A stretch of DNA of 64,000 nt from Catajapyx aquilonaris. Its lineage: Eukaryota. A program made the position numbers and the translations under genes. The notes beneath the pieces are model-generated. The model saw nothing but the letters and a program-made list of their open reading frames with translations. It was not told where the DNA came from and did no database searches. This document shows, piece by piece, positions 62,983-64,000 of this stretch. Position 1 is the first letter of the stretch, and every line of letters begins with the position of its first letter. The stretch lies in NCBI GenBank assembly GCA_000934665.2, contig KZ538471.1:1-64000 (forward strand), written 5' to 3'.

Positions 62983-64000
62983 CCCATACATATACAACCC
63001 CCTCCCAGTACTCCAGCCCTCATCCCATTTGGGACACACTGACCTTACTCTGGTGACCAAGTGTAGAGTCCTTCCCTCAATTCAACCCCATCTTTCCCGC
63101 CGCCTAGTGACTACAAGGTGGTTCGTGTTTTTTGGTAGTGCAGTTAGTGGACTGGTGGTTTTTTTTCGGATTAAAGTGACCTGCGAGCGTCAAGGTCACT
63201 TTTTTGGGTGAGTACATGGGTAGCATTGATCGTTTTTTTGGGAGGGGGGCGAGTTAAATATTTAAGAGGGTCTATTTTTGGGTGCGTCCAAGGTGCGTGC
63301 AATTAGCGATTTTTTTTTGTGTGGTTGACGAATTTTTTGGGCGGTATTTTTAGAGCGGGGCATATTTTTAGAGTTGTCATCGCCGGCTTCTTTTCATACT
63401 TTTCAGCACGTAAGAGCCTTATTTGAAAATAGTTTTCCGCCAGCATCGTATCAATGTTATGGTCGCAAAAATGTCACTCACATCCCTCCCCACCCACCCC
63501 TTTTTCGCTTGCAACCCCCCTCCCTACCCCCCTTACCCCCGACCCTAATTTTAGCCCGCACCTTCAGTATTCTTATTTTGTAAGGTACGTTCCAAAAATA
63601 GATTTCGTCCCTTTGAAGACATAAGCTAAGTGAAGAGAGAAGATTCAAAAGTTGGGGATATAATGCGTTCCACGTGTCTGGCAAGTGTGTGTCACCAGAT
63701 ATTTGTAATAGGGCCAAAATAATAGCTCGTGGGTGGAATTTTTTGGGGAGAAAATTTTGGCTATCGATAATAATCATTGCCGGATGGAGACGCCAAAATA
63801 AGTAGTGCAAAATTGTGTGCAGCTTTCCGGTTCAGGGGAGGTTATAATAATGGGCTACTATGCCACCGAGTCTTGAGCCAAAAACGCGTTGCAGGCTGCG
63901 GTCTGGGCAGAAAATAAAAGTTTGGTCCCCCCCCCCTCCCCCCTCCCACTTTTTTCATTCTCTTTTTGTGGGAGTGCGGTTGTTTTGAGAGTGAAGTTTG

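Noticed and set aside
62482..63211. Long ORFs across the N gap
   Set aside because: Their length is an artefact of unresolved bases.
1..64000. CRISPR array, prokaryotic operon, rRNA or intact transposase/reverse transcriptase
   Set aside because: No regularly spaced repeat-spacer array, no gene-dense coding structure and no recognisable long ORF or rRNA motifs.

Overview
Eukaryotic (metazoan, probably arthropod-like) non-coding DNA from a draft assembly with N gaps at poly-G/C runs. No complete gene, rRNA, true tRNA or CRISPR array is visible, and the supplied ORFs look like chance ORFs. Well supported from the sequence: a non-autonomous Helitron (1031-1280), three tRNA-derived SINE copies (an inverted pair at 2847-3266 and a young copy with a 17-bp TSD at 25328-25559), three clear TA-flanked Tc1/mariner/pogo-type MITEs (18128, 48233, 60477), several older inverted-repeat relics, two perfect palindromes and AAT/TA microsatellites. 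A few isolated + strand exon candidates (best: 39100-39188) suggest the window is mostly giant introns of one gene. The most notable patterns are a sharp CpG-depletion boundary near 3.8 kb, many TACAGTA/TACTGTA (Tc1/mariner excision footprint) heptamers, two TGACGTCA pairs each exactly 60 bp apart, and two head-to-head YY1/Pho-type motif pairs. I could not establish a genuinely new biological system; all findings are hypotheses read by eye.
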